DNA of 64,000 nucleotides from an uncultured Lachnospiraceae bacterium (GTDB lineage Bacteria; Bacillota; Clostridia; Lachnospirales; Lachnospiraceae), in contig CACZLA010000006.1 in NCBI GenBank assembly GCA_902781895.1, positions 835 to 64,834 on the forward strand, in the 5' to 3' direction. Shown here piece by piece: positions 56,057-63,399 of this stretch (position 1 is the first letter of the stretch; each line of letters begins with the position of its first letter). The notes beneath the pieces are model-generated. The model searched no databases, had not been told where the DNA came from, and saw nothing but the letters and a program-made list of their open reading frames with translations. A program made the translations under genes and the position numbers.

Positions 56057-57289
56057 TCACGCTTTCCTCGCTACAAGTGTCACATTAAAGTTTCCATCCT
56101 GTACACTTGCAAATACATCTCCGTCCATCCTATGCATCAGCTGTTTTACAATATACAGACCGAGACCGTTACCCTGGATATTTTCAGTATTGCTTCCTCT
56201 GTAGAAGGAATCAAATATACTGGACAGCTCGCTCTCTTCTATGGAGCAGCCGGTGTTCGTAACCGTGATCAGTCTGCAGTCCTCTTCTTCGCTGAAGCTG
56301 ACTGATATGCTCCGACCGTCACCGTACTTGATGGCATTTTCCATCAGATTCTGGATGGTTTCGATAAGTCTGTCCTTGTCTCCGCTCAGGATACAGTCCT
56401 CATACTCTCCAACTTCAAACTCTGTATGAAGCACGCTGAGTTTATCTTTATAGTAGGTTACGATACTTGCCATAGCTTCGGATAAATAAAACTCTCCGGG
56501 CTTCACATCGAACTCCATGAACTCCTCGCGTGATATCCTGTGTATCTCATCAACGTAGTTCTTTATCTCATCTGTTTTAGCTAAAATGCCATCGTATGCA
56601 TTTTTCTTTTCTTCATCCGTTTCGTAGATGCCCTCCGAAAGTGCTTTGGTATAAAGCTGTATCGCAGAAAGGGGTGTCTTGATATCATGGGACAGGGAAA
56701 GCAGAAGCGTCTTCTTCTCTTTCTGGAATTCCAGATTCTTCGACTTGGAATCCTCCAGATTCTCTCTCAGCATATCCACGCCCCAGAGAAACTTGCCGAA
56801 GAAACGGTTTTTCTCTTCCTTCACAGGATTTGTCAGGTTACCCTTTGCCAGATCCACCGTCATATTCGACATCCTGTTAAATGGACTTATAACCTTTCTG
56901 TCTATATAAATGAAAATGAATACTGTAAGTAAAAACAGAACTGCCAGCCCCACATTCATAAGTATTAATGGATCATTGTTCTTTTTTACTTCGTACTCTA
57001 TCCTGTATTCTCTGTCTCCAACCTTCTCAACAACATAGCTGCTGTTACATATCTCTTCGCTGTCAAAAAAACTTACCCTCTTCATAGTTTCATACTTTGA
57101 CAGATCTATGTTTCCGGGATTTTCCCTTAAACTCTCATCCTCCTCCAGCTGTCTCACCACACGCTCTGCCTCAACACTGTAGTAACGTGCCTTTGAATCT
57201 TCTCTGCTGACATAGATAATATTCAACACAACTATAAGGATTATTTCCAATATTATGATTGATGCAGATATCTTTTTGAATCGTCTCAA
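56057..57289 (-). CDS. Sensor histidine kinase (two TM helices, ~100-aa extracytoplasmic loop)
   Basis: H-box LSLSHDIKTPLSAI, N-box LMENAIKYG, and G-boxes NTGCSI and GNGLGLYIV. Confidence 0.88.
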   Translation of the reverse strand: MRRFKKISASIIILEIILIVVLNIIYVSREDSKARYYSVEAERVVRQLEEDESLRENPGNIDLSKYETMKRVSFFDSEEICNSSYVVEKVGDREYRIEYEVKKNNDPLILMNVGLAVLFLLTVFIFIYIDRKVISPFNRMSNMTVDLAKGNLTNPVKEEKNRFFGKFLWGVDMLRENLEDSKSKNLEFQKEKKTLLLSLSHDIKTPLSAIQLYTKALSEGIYETDEEKKNAYDGILAKTDEIKNYVDEIHRISREEFMEFDVKPGEFYLSEAMASIVTYYKDKLSVLHTEFEVGEYEDCILSGDKDRLIETIQNLMENAIKYGDGRSISVSFSEEEDCRLITVTNTGCSIEESELSSIFDSFYRGSNTENIQGNGLGLYIVKQLMHRMDGDVFASVQDGNFNVTLVARKA

Positions 57290-57319
57290 ATCATACCTCC
57301 GGTAAAAAACAAGTGCTTT

Positions 57320-57604
57320 TTAAACCAACTCGGAATAACCGTTTTCCTTCAGAAACTTAAGTAACTCCGGCTTGCAATTTATCATTTTCAGGTTACCGAA
57401 TTCAAGCCTTAGTCTCTTGATGACCATCAGACCTGCAGTTGATATATAATCAAGATTTTCAGCATCAAAGAATGTCTTATAATTTGAGCCGTCTTTAATG
57501 ATACAATATAACTCTCTTTCAAATTTTAGAGAATCTTCCTTTTCAACTCTTTGGGGGAGCTGAATGATCATCTCATCTTCTATTATCTTATATGGTATAT
57601 CCAT
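57320..57604 (-). CDS. STAS-domain protein (anti-sigma-factor-antagonist-like) inserted between response regulator and kinase
   Basis: 94 aa. DAENLDYISTAGLMVIKRL...LKMINCKPELLKFLKENGY follows the SpoIIAA/STAS beta-alpha pattern with the DYIS(S/T)AGL loop. It has its own GGAGGT RBS. Confidence 0.7.
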   Translation of the reverse strand: MDIPYKIIEDEMIIQLPQRVEKEDSLKFERELYCIIKDGSNYKTFFDAENLDYISTAGLMVIKRLRLEFGNLKMINCKPELLKFLKENGYSELV

Positions 57605-57635
57605 ATCTACCTCCGGATTTATTTATTCTGCCTCT

Positions 57636-58298
57636 TTATTCAAATCTGTAACCCACGCCCCAGACCGTGATTATGTGATCCGGTTTCTTGGGATCTTCTT
57701 CTATCTTTTCTCGAAGCCATTTGATATGAACCGTAAGTGTCTGAATTTCAGACTCGCTGTCACTGCCCCAAATGGTATTAAATATATAATCCTTTTTGAG
57801 GGTAACACCCTTATTCTCAATAAGCAGCTTCAGAAGTTCAAACTCTTTTGCAGTCACAACCACTTCCCGGTCACCCACCGTCAGAGTCTGTGTCACGGTA
57901 TTCAGCTTCAGGTTTCCTTCCACCATAACCTCCTGAGCATATTTCCTTTTAAAGATACCTCTGATCTTTGCAAGGAGAATATCTATATCATAAGGCTTCT
58001 CTATATAGTCATCGGCGCCGAGGCTGAGACCCTTAAGTTTATCATCCTTTTCGGTCTTTGCACTGGCAACAAGTATATGGGCATTTGAGCTTTCTCTGAT
58101 CTTCGAGCATACAGCAAAGCCGTCCATTCCCGGAAGCATGATATCCAGAATCACCAGCTTTGCCCCATATCTCGAAAAAATATTCAGTGCCTTCTCTCCG
58201 CTTTCAGCTACACTCACAACATAGTTTTCCTTTTGCAGAAACGTCTGAAGCAGCCCGCCTATTTCCTTATTATCCTCTACTATAAGTATATCCAGCAT
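57636..58298 (-). CDS. OmpR/PhoB-family response regulator
   Basis: The receiver has ILIVEDN, LVILDIMLPGMDG and a conserved K. The C-terminal winged helix ends TVWGVGYRFE. Confidence 0.92.
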   Translation of the reverse strand: MLDILIVEDNKEIGGLLQTFLQKENYVVSVAESGEKALNIFSRYGAKLVILDIMLPGMDGFAVCSKIRESSNAHILVASAKTEKDDKLKGLSLGADDYIEKPYDIDILLAKIRGIFKRKYAQEVMVEGNLKLNTVTQTLTVGDREVVVTAKEFELLKLLIENKGVTLKKDYIFNTIWGSDSESEIQTLTVHIKWLREKIEEDPKKPDHIITVWGVGYRFE

Positions 58299-58323
58299 AT
58301 CTAAGTCTCCTTTTATGTGGGTA

Positions 58324-58767
58324 TCAAAAACCTTTGAATAAGCTTACATGCTTTGAAATATCATTAAATCCATTTTTCCTGTAAAATTTATAAGCCGGTT
58401 TATCACTATCCGTCTGCAGGAAAATGCCCTTTACATCACGAGTCTTAAGATCCGCTTCTATAAACTCCATAAAACGTGTTCCGATTCCGGTCCCCTGCAG
58501 ATTCGGGGACACACACAGTTCGTCCAGAACATAATTCGTTCCTTCCCACCAGTGGGTGATCTGCCCCAGCGATATCGCAACGAGAGCACCATCTATAAGC
58601 AGCCCATAATTGATAGCGTGGAAACCACCTGACTTTTCTTTGATATATTCAGTCAGCTGCTCTTCATCACTCCAGTCATCGTTCCATGGCTCCCCATAGA
58701 ACGCCGACTTATATAACTTAACCATTTCCGGTAAATATGATTGATCTAATATTATAAATTTTTCCAT
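58324..58767 (-). CDS. GNAT-family N-acetyltransferase
   Basis: 147 aa with the acetyl-CoA motif LCVSPNLQGTGIGTRFMEF and C-terminal YKFYRKNGF. Confidence 0.85.
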   Translation of the reverse strand: MEKFIILDQSYLPEMVKLYKSAFYGEPWNDDWSDEEQLTEYIKEKSGGFHAINYGLLIDGALVAISLGQITHWWEGTNYVLDELCVSPNLQGTGIGTRFMEFIEADLKTRDVKGIFLQTDSDKPAYKFYRKNGFNDISKHVSLFKGF

Positions 58768-58795
58768 GACAGTAATCCTTTTGTTAGCATTGATT

Positions 58796-58965
58796 CTATG
58801 TCAGTTTTTATACTATGCCAGCTTTTATACTATGCCAGCTTTTATACTATGCCAGCTTTTATTCTATGCCAGCTTTTATACTATGCCAGCTTTTATTCTA
58901 TGCCAGCTTTTATACTATGCCAGTTTTTATACTATGCCAGTTTTTATACTATGCCAGCTTTAGAA
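58796..58965. repeat. Tandem array: 17-bp unit CTATGCCAGCTTTTATA x10, head-to-tail
   Basis: Units start at 58796, 58813, 58830, 58847, 58864, 58881, 58898, 58915, 58932 and 58949. There are only 1-3 substitutions per unit. The array begins 29 nt upstream of the GNAT start codon. Confidence 0.95.
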
Positions 58966-59291
58966 ATATTATACCTTGTTAGACTAAGGAGTACAGTGAT
59001 ATTTCTTTTTTCATAATATAAGCTCCACTATTATGATTTCCCATAAGAAACTCATTTTTAGTATTACATTAACTCATTTTAACATAATTCTTAACGTAAT
59101 CAACGATATTATATATAGTCAGAACAAGCCAAACAATGGTATATCTGATATATACCAAAGCTTGGCTCTACTATTATATTCATTATTTTCTTTATCTTTC
59201 TATATCTTTATCTTCTTAATTATTTTGACTATTATGTCCTATCGACTATAGATCCCTAATATTTCAGATTTATATCTCTATGTTATCGGAT

Positions 59292-59510
59292 TTATATCTC
59301 CGAAAGCTTGATGAAATATGCCAGATCCGGCGACATGGCAAAGCGTCTGTTATCATAGGATACGACAACATTTCCACCCTTATTTTTTGAAACCACTCTC
59401 AATACCTTTCCAGTTTCATACCTCATCATATCCTTTATTTCTTCGGCCTGTCCGAACATCCAAAGAATCCGGTAACTCGTTCCCTCTCTTGCATCGTTTA
59501 AACTGATCAT
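59292..59510 (-). CDS. FeoA-domain (SH3-like) small protein, orphan
   Basis: MISLNDAREGTSYRILWMFG...GKVLRVVSKNKGGNVVVSYDNRRFAMSPDLAYFIKL follows the FeoA pattern (L..L..G....I; G..I.V; ...I.L). The start is moved to ATG 59510 (GGAGGGGG RBS). No feoB is nearby. Confidence 0.65.
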   Translation of the reverse strand: MISLNDAREGTSYRILWMFGQAEEIKDMMRYETGKVLRVVSKNKGGNVVVSYDNRRFAMSPDLAYFIKLSEI

Positions 59511-59666
59511 ACGAACACCCCCTCCGTGACCAATCAACAAAACCCCTTTAAAGGAATTATCGCTTAATGGGGGTTATATAGTCAACGATAAAGAGTGTTT
59601 GTACTGTCGAACTGATTAATATAATAAACGAAGTTTAGTAATAAATCATTTTCCTCATATTTTTTC

Positions 59667-60395
59667 TCATTTATTGCTTTCGATTCCATCAGCAACATTT
59701 TTCGGTTTTTCTCTCATTTGTGTTGCTTTTTCTTCTTTTCAGTAGCCTTTTTTCAGCACCTTCAGCAACACTTTTCGTCTTTTTTCCTGTTTCTGTTGCT
59801 TTTTCTTCTTTTCAGTAGCCTTTTTTCAGCACCTTCAACAACACTTTTCGTCTTTTTTCCTGTTTCTGTTGCTTTTTCTTCTTTTCAGTAGCCTTTTTTC
59901 AGCACCTTCAGCAACACTTTTTGCTTTTTTTCCTGTTTGTGTTGCTTTTTCTTCTTTTCAGTAGCCTTTTTTCAGCACCTTCAGCAACACTTTTTCGTCT
60001 TTTTTCCTGTTTGTGTTGCTTTTTTTCTTTTCAGTAGCCTTTTTTCAGCACCTTCAGCAACACTTTTCGTCTTTTTTCCTGTTTGTGTTGCTTTTTCTTC
60101 TTTTCAGTAGCCTTTTTTCAGCACCTTCAGCAACACTTTTTGCTTTTTTTCCTGTTTCTGTTGCTTTTTCTTCTTTTCAGTAGTCGATTTTCAATACCCT
60201 TAGCAACACTTTTCGCTTTTTTTCCTGTTTCTGTTGCTTTTCCTTCTTTTCAGTAGCCTTTTTTCAGCACCTTCAGCAACACTTTTTGCTTTTTTTCCTG
60301 TTTCTGTTGCTTTTCTTCTTTTCAGTAGCCTTTTTTCAGTACCTTCAACAACACTTTTTGCTTTTTTTCCTGTTTCTGTTGCTTTTCCTTCATGC
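59667..60395. repeat. Tandem array: 73-bp unit x9 plus one degenerate leading copy, T-rich on the plus strand, non-coding
   Basis: The unit is CAGTAGCCTTTTTTCAGCACCTTCAGCAACACTTTTCGTCTTTTTTCCTGTTTCTGTTGCTTTTTCTTCTTTT. CAGTAG starts at 59740, 59813, 59886, 59959, 60032, 60105, 60178, 60251 and 60323, so the period is 73 (one 72). Each unit carries the 7-bp inverted pair AGCAACA / TGTTGCT. Confidence 0.95.
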
Positions 60396-60414
60396 TTGTA
60401 CTATTTGTCTAATT

Positions 60415-61860
60415 TTATGCCGACTGTCTTACTCGCGCAACATTTCTATTCATAACTTTTCTTCCATAATGACTATATGCAAAGTCCTTCACCTTGTTCC
60501 ATGTCTGAGCATGCTCTTTGAAGAATGCATCAGGGCTTTCATAAACGCCAAAGTCCTTTACTACTGAAGTGTTCTGAACGAAGAGATTATCTCCGTTCCA
60601 GTCCAGACTTAAACATTCTAAACTCGGCACGGAAATGGCATATCCTTTAAAATCACCCTTCACATCCGGGAATCTGTTCTTTACGCCGCAAACATACGCT
60701 TCATCTGTTATAACTCCTTCCAGTGCTATCCACTTATCCTCATATAAAACCTCAACCCAGGTATGGGTAACTGTTTCAGGTGCAAGCTTTGAAATAAGAC
60801 CTGATGTGGCACCTTCCTGGAAATACTTACTTACCTCTGAACCATGGAGTCTGCAGGGAATATCTACAGCTCTGAGAAGAGCCATGAGAAGTGTTCCTTT
60901 TGTATTGCACTGTCCATAGCCATCTTTTAACACTTCCTCAGCTGTGAGAAGATCTGAACTGTTATAACCAAATAGTATCTCGTTTCTTACGAAGTCATAT
61001 ACCGCTCCGATTCTTTCAAACTCATATAAGTTTTTCCAGCCCCGTTTCTCCACAAGCTTTTGAATACTTTCAGCTCTGTAATTTACCATCTGAGTTTCTT
61101 TTAAATATCTATCCTGCATATTATTAATCCTTTCTTCATCGCCGGACTCAAAGCTGCAATCAGAACTACATTCAGAACTACATTCAGAACTACATTCAGA
61201 ACTACGCTCAGATCCACTTTTTTTGAACGATGCCACAAATGTCACATCACACTTCTCCATCCTCTCAAGCTCAAATCCATAATCAGCAAAGAATATTCTC
61301 TTATCGCAGCTATAGTACTTCTTGAAATACTTCGGCGTCACCACGCTTTCACATACATAAAGCGGTGAAAACTTGACTTTGCCTCTTATGCTGGTCTGTT
61401 TGTCCCAGTCTAGAATTATAAGTCGGCCATCAGCCTTGAGAAGCCGTCCGGCCTCTTCGAGTATAGATTTCCAGAGCTCCGGATTACACTCGTGAAGCAC
61501 GAGGCCTATGATGACATAGTCAAATGCTCCGCTCCTGATTCCGGTGTCCGTTGCATCCCTGCATACGAGCTTCACATTCTTTAATCCATTATCCTCCACC
61601 TTCTGCTTTGCCTTCCTGAGCATGGGCTTTGATCTGTCCAGTCCCACAACCTTAGCCTCAGGTCTGTTTTTCGCAACAACCAGACCATTTGCAAATGTAC
61701 CACAGCACATATCCAGAACCTTTACCTTACCATCCGGAATCATCTCTCCTATCACTTCTCTGGGATTCCTTCCACCGGAAGTAAAATACATTCTGTCCAA
61801 TGTGTCATAAACCTTTGATATCTTTTTATAAAAAGCTTTGCTTATTTTTTTACCAGCCAT
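60415..61860 (-). CDS. Fusion protein: class I SAM-dependent methyltransferase + Ser/Glu/Cys repeat linker + transglutaminase-like cysteine-protease-fold domain
   Basis: The N-terminal domain has VLDMCCGTF (motif I) and DGRLIILD. The linker is SECSSECSSECSSDCS, encoded by 12-bp repeats at about 61150-61205. The C-terminal domain has GYGQCNTKGTLLMALLRAVDIPCR (Cys), HTWVEVLYEDKWIALEG (His) and a following D. Confidence 0.75.
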   Translation of the reverse strand: MAGKKISKAFYKKISKVYDTLDRMYFTSGGRNPREVIGEMIPDGKVKVLDMCCGTFANGLVVAKNRPEAKVVGLDRSKPMLRKAKQKVEDNGLKNVKLVCRDATDTGIRSGAFDYVIIGLVLHECNPELWKSILEEAGRLLKADGRLIILDWDKQTSIRGKVKFSPLYVCESVVTPKYFKKYYSCDKRIFFADYGFELERMEKCDVTFVASFKKSGSERSSECSSECSSECSSDCSFESGDEERINNMQDRYLKETQMVNYRAESIQKLVEKRGWKNLYEFERIGAVYDFVRNEILFGYNSSDLLTAEEVLKDGYGQCNTKGTLLMALLRAVDIPCRLHGSEVSKYFQEGATSGLISKLAPETVTHTWVEVLYEDKWIALEGVITDEAYVCGVKNRFPDVKGDFKGYAISVPSLECLSLDWNGDNLFVQNTSVVKDFGVYESPDAFFKEHAQTWNKVKDFAYSHYGRKVMNRNVARVRQSA

Positions 61861-61875
61861 AATCCGCTCTCCTTA

Positions 61876-61909
61876 TTTTAATATATGAACATCTGTTCAT
61901 ATATTAAAA
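61876..61909. promoter_or_regulatory. 34-bp palindrome TTTTAATATATGAACA-TC-TGTTCATATATTAAAA containing a GAAC-N4-GTTC (Firmicute LexA/DinR-box-like) core
   Basis: The core GAACATCTGTTC lies at 61887-61898, starting 3 nt downstream of the -10 hexamer and upstream of the AAGGAGAG RBS. Arms are perfect over 16 bp. Confidence 0.55.
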
Positions 61910-61929
61910 TATTGATCATTATTTGTCAA
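61901..61929 (-). promoter_or_regulatory. Consensus-like sigma-A promoter (TTGACA - 17 nt - TAATAT) for the methyltransferase/transglutaminase-like gene
   Basis: On the minus strand the -35 is at 61929-61924 and the -10 at 61906-61901, with a 17-nt spacer. Confidence 0.65.
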
Positions 61930-62102
61930 CAAGAAATTTAACTATTACTTCTTCTTTTATCCATATATAGATTATATATATAGATTATTAACAATGAAAA
62001 TTATTAACAATAAAAAGGACACACTAAAAAAGGACGACAGTTTTTGAACCATCGCCCCGGAATTATTTTTCTTTGACTAAAAAAATCCATTATATATAAC
62101 TT

Positions 62103-62615
62103 TTATATATAACTTACTGTTTCAGATAAATCCTTTCTTTTAAAATGCTTTTCAAGAGGGCCGGCCCCTTCTGCTGCATATCCAAGATCCATGACCATCA
62201 GGATTTCTTCATTTTCCGGAAGCCCCAGATCTGATGCCAGCTTATCAGGATCAAAATAGTTAAGCCAACAGCTGTCAACCCCTTCATTAGTTGCAGCAAG
62301 AAGCATATGCGTAGCCACTATGGTAGCATCTTCCACCCCTGAATCTCTCTTTCCTCCCGGATATGTAAATACATCAGTCTTGTCAAATGCAACTACAAGC
62401 ACAACCGGAGCACCGAAACGACATGGTGTATTTGCATCTATCTTAGCCAGAGCATCTTCTGACTTCACCACATATATATGCTGTTCCTGAAGATTCTTTG
62501 CTGTAGGTGCAAGTCTTCCGGCTTCCAAAATAGCATTTATCTTATCATCTTCAACCATTTTTCCGCTATACTTTTTGCATGAATATCTGTTCTTTATCAC
62601 ATCATTAAATTCCAT
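62103..62615 (-). CDS. Nitroreductase-family oxidoreductase
   Basis: 170 aa with VIKNRYSCKKY...IL.AGRLAPTAKNLQ and a C-terminal GYAAEG...KRK pattern. Confidence 0.85.
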   Translation of the reverse strand: MEFNDVIKNRYSCKKYSGKMVEDDKINAILEAGRLAPTAKNLQEQHIYVVKSEDALAKIDANTPCRFGAPVVLVVAFDKTDVFTYPGGKRDSGVEDATIVATHMLLAATNEGVDSCWLNYFDPDKLASDLGLPENEEILMVMDLGYAAEGAGPLEKHFKRKDLSETVSYI

Positions 62616-62649
62616 TTGTTGTTACTCCTTTACACATTATCTCTTTCCA

Positions 62650-63213
62650 TCAATTATTCAGATCATTTTTAATTACATCGGCAACAATCTTATCCGCATC
62701 ATTTCCGACAATATCAAGTCCTGTGGCTTTAATAAGCTCCACAGTCTTTATCCCATAGAAATTCTCAGCCAGAGATTTTATATATCCATAGCCGTACTCT
62801 TCCGGGAAAAAGTCTCCGCCGGCAGTGGTGACAAATGTAAGCTTCTCAGCCTTGCACAGTCCCTTTGGAATTCCTTGATCATCATATACAAATGTGATAC
62901 CCAGCACATTAATCAGCTCTATATACTGCTTAAGTGATGCCGGAAATGAAAGATCCCAGAACGGAGCAGCTATCAGTATCTCCTCCGCTTCGGCAAACTG
63001 TCTTGCCAGATCAAACATCGGATCATCAAACTGTCCGGAGTATATGAAAGAATCTCTCTTTTCAAGAAAATCCTCATCAACCACAGGAAAGCTTTGTTCC
63101 CAAAGCTTAACCTCGTTGACAGGAAGCTCATTCTTTGCCATAACCGCATCGGCAAGAAGTTTTGTCCTTGAATCCTTTCTTACACATGCGTTTATAAAAA
63201 GCATATTTCCCAT
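62650..63213 (-). CDS. Flavodoxin-like-fold NAD(P)H-dependent FMN oxidoreductase (azoreductase/quinone reductase-like)
   Basis: MLFINACVRKDSRT...AEEILIAAPFWDLSFPASLKQYIE is the Flavodoxin_2 pattern. The start is chosen at ATG 63213, which follows a GGAGG RBS. Confidence 0.7.
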   Translation of the reverse strand: MGNMLFINACVRKDSRTKLLADAVMAKNELPVNEVKLWEQSFPVVDEDFLEKRDSFIYSGQFDDPMFDLARQFAEAEEILIAAPFWDLSFPASLKQYIELINVLGITFVYDDQGIPKGLCKAEKLTFVTTAGGDFFPEEYGYGYIKSLAENFYGIKTVELIKATGLDIVGNDADKIVADVIKNDLNN

Positions 63214-63252
63214 ACTCTTAACCTCCAAAGGTGTCTTTTTTTTAGCACTTTT

Positions 63253-63399
63253 CTATTCTATCGTTATCCTTTTATCCAGTCCCGTAGTTTTAAGAAGACC
63301 TCTTACATTATCTGCAACATTTCGAAGGACCATATTGCCTTTTACTCTTTTATGAGCTGCAACAAACTGACGAAGTCCCGAAGATGAAATGTACTCCAT
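63253..63399 (-). pseudogene. Remnant of a STAS-domain (anti-sigma antagonist-like) gene: C-terminal ~50 codons only
   Basis: My translation gives (TILDLSQ)MEYISSSGLRQFVAAHKRVKGNMVLRNVADNVRGLLKTTGLDKRITIE*. An in-frame TAA lies a few codons upstream of the Met, and the N-terminal beta-strands of the domain are missing. Confidence 0.55.

Noticed and set aside
55988-56305. ORF 55988..56305 (+)
   Set aside because: It starts inside the 27-bp tandem repeat (MTYLVITFRMTCLVITFR) and runs antisense to the histidine kinase C-terminus.
58766-59016. ORFs 58766..58963 and 58798..59016 (repetitive YYASFYTMPAFILCQL peptides)
   Set aside because: They are read-through translations of the 17-bp tandem array. 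The 17-bp period makes the peptide cycle through all three frames, and there is no RBS.
59033-59251. 72-aa hydrophobic ORF in the AT-rich tract
   Set aside because: It has no RBS, and its very AT-rich codons give Ile/Leu/Phe/Asn runs. I cannot distinguish it from noise, so it was not called. A small membrane peptide is not excluded.
59667-60395. The 73-bp array as a CRISPR array
   Set aside because: The whole 73-bp unit repeats. There are no unique spacers between shorter repeats, no leader/cas context, and the unit is much longer than a CRISPR repeat.
59667-60395. The 73-bp array as a repetitive Lys/Glu-rich protein gene. One minus-strand frame reads KEEKATETGKKTKSVAEGAEKRLL per unit.
   Set aside because: The 73-nt period shifts the frame by +1 at every unit, and the other two frames contain TGA in every unit. 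No ORF therefore spans more than about two units. It could at most be a decayed ancestral coding repeat.
60234-60567. ORFs 60234..60455 and 60286..60567 (Phe/Leu/Ser-rich)
   Set aside because: They are translations of the T-rich 73-bp array and overlap the 3' end of the convergent real gene. Their composition is an artefact.
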